5,989 nt of DNA from a virus. The stretch lies in the IMG/VR virus record IMGVR_UViG_3300013104_000192, positions 1 to 5,989 of that record; one strand, given 5' to 3'. Positions within the stretch are counted from its first letter, which is position 1. Every line of letters begins with the position of its first letter. Positions 5,533 to 5,989 of the stretch are shown one piece after another. A model generated the notes under the pieces. It ran no database searches, was not told the DNA's origin, and saw only the letters and a program-made list of their open reading frames with translations. The translations under genes were made by a program, and so were the position numbers.

Positions 5533-5570
5533 GTATATACACAGTATATACCTAAGAATTAAAATGTAAA
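5533..5570 (-). promoter_or_regulatory. Sigma70-like promoter with overlapping paired palindromic operator candidates
   Basis: On the minus strand: -35 TTTACA (plus 5565-5570), 16-nt spacer, -10 TATACT (plus 5543-5548). Two copies of the 8-bp palindrome GTATATAC (5533-5540 and 5544-5551, 11 bp centre to centre) overlap the -10 and the predicted start region, just upstream of the RHH gene. Confidence 0.5.
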
Positions 5571-5661
5571 TACGTCTTAGGCTAAATTACTCCTAGCAAA
5601 TTTAGGTAGCAAATAAAAAGAATCCCACAAAAAAAGGCGAATATATAAAAGATCTTATCTG

Positions 5662-5802
5662 TCATATAGAACACTTAACCAAAGAGAGGAAAGAACAAAA
5701 TAACATCCCTGTAATGAAGAAAAACATTGCAATAAAAGCAAAAGTCTTAATAGGAAAAAATTGCATTTTAAACTTAAGTACATGTGCATCATGTTTTGTC
5801 AT
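5662..5802 (-). CDS. Hypothetical 46-aa single-TM hydrophobic peptide
   Basis: Translated by hand: MTKHDAHVLKFKMQFFPIKTFAFIAMFFFITGMLFCSFLSLVKCSI. Its ATG overlaps the TGA of the upstream repeat-containing ORF (ATGA at 5799-5802). It is Phe-rich in an AT-rich region, so it could be a chance ORF. Confidence 0.3.
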   Translation of the reverse strand: MTKHDAHVLKFKMQFFPIKTFAFIAMFFFITGMLFCSFLSLVKCSI

Positions 5803-5989
5803 ATTTTGCCAATCCTATAAAATTCACAAGTGTTGATTTTACTCATTTTTTTAATCACCGGTTTAAGCCTGGAGAGAGACCAGCAATGTAATAAAATGCC
5901 AATTAATATAGCTGGTAGTAACTTGCCAGGATCAAAGTCCTGGTTCACACCTGGTAGTAACTTGCCAGGATCAAAGTCCTGGTTCACAC
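5799..5989 (-). CDS. Uncertain ORF running out of the 39-bp repeat array (13-aa repeats VNQDFDPGKLLPG, then a unique 37-aa tail)
   Basis: The frame is open through the repeats and to the window edge. The unique tail is AILIGILLHCWSLSRLKPVIKKMSKINTCEFYRIGKI. There is no ATG; the only candidate starts are the GTG in each repeat, and none has an SD. Three of the six frames of the repeat are open, so openness alone is weak evidence. Confidence 0.25.
   Translation of the reverse strand, partial: VNQDFDPGKLLPGVNQDFDPGKLLPAILIGILLHCWSLSRLKPVIKKMSKINTCEFYRIGKI
5912..5989. repeat. Same 39-bp tandem repeat, 2 full units (5912-5950, 5951-5989), truncated by the window end
   Basis: Identical to positions 1-78. 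The last base of the window is unit position 39 and the first base of the window is unit position 1. Confidence 0.97.

Larger units (their letters stand above)
1..5989 (-). mobile_element. Complete or near-complete small filamentous phage (Inoviridae-like) genome; replicative form or prophage
   Basis: Canonical inovirus gene order on one strand: Rep, small ssDNA-binding-size protein, small coat-like proteins, large secreted anchored protein, small hydrophobic protein, P-loop Zot/pI. Genes are tightly packed with 1-nt and 4-nt overlaps. Total size (~5.9 kb) is typical of the smallest inoviruses. Identical repeats lie at both ends. Confidence 0.85.

Overview
The window reads as one compact filamentous-phage (Inoviridae-like) genome of about 5.9 kb, with all core genes on the minus strand. 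In transcription order these are: an RHH (RelB/DinJ-like) regulator, an intrinsic terminator, an HUH rolling-circle Rep (pC194/phiX174-type motifs), a putative ssDNA-binding protein, a 58-aa coat-like membrane protein, the major coat protein, a pIII-like adsorption protein, a pVI-like protein and the pI/Zot assembly ATPase. One small RHH-like ORF sits on the plus strand between rep and the ssDNA-binding gene, next to an 8-bp iteron array. There is no secretin (pIV), integrase, tRNA, rRNA or CRISPR. Both window ends consist of the same perfect 39-bp tandem repeat and are in phase with each other. This suggests a circular molecule opened inside the array, or an att-like duplication flanking a prophage. 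The array can form hairpins, is open in one minus-strand frame, and runs into a short ORF that is ATGA-coupled to a 46-aa hydrophobic ORF. All family assignments come from motifs recognised by eye, with no database search. GC content looks low by eye, and the host cannot be named from the sequence alone.
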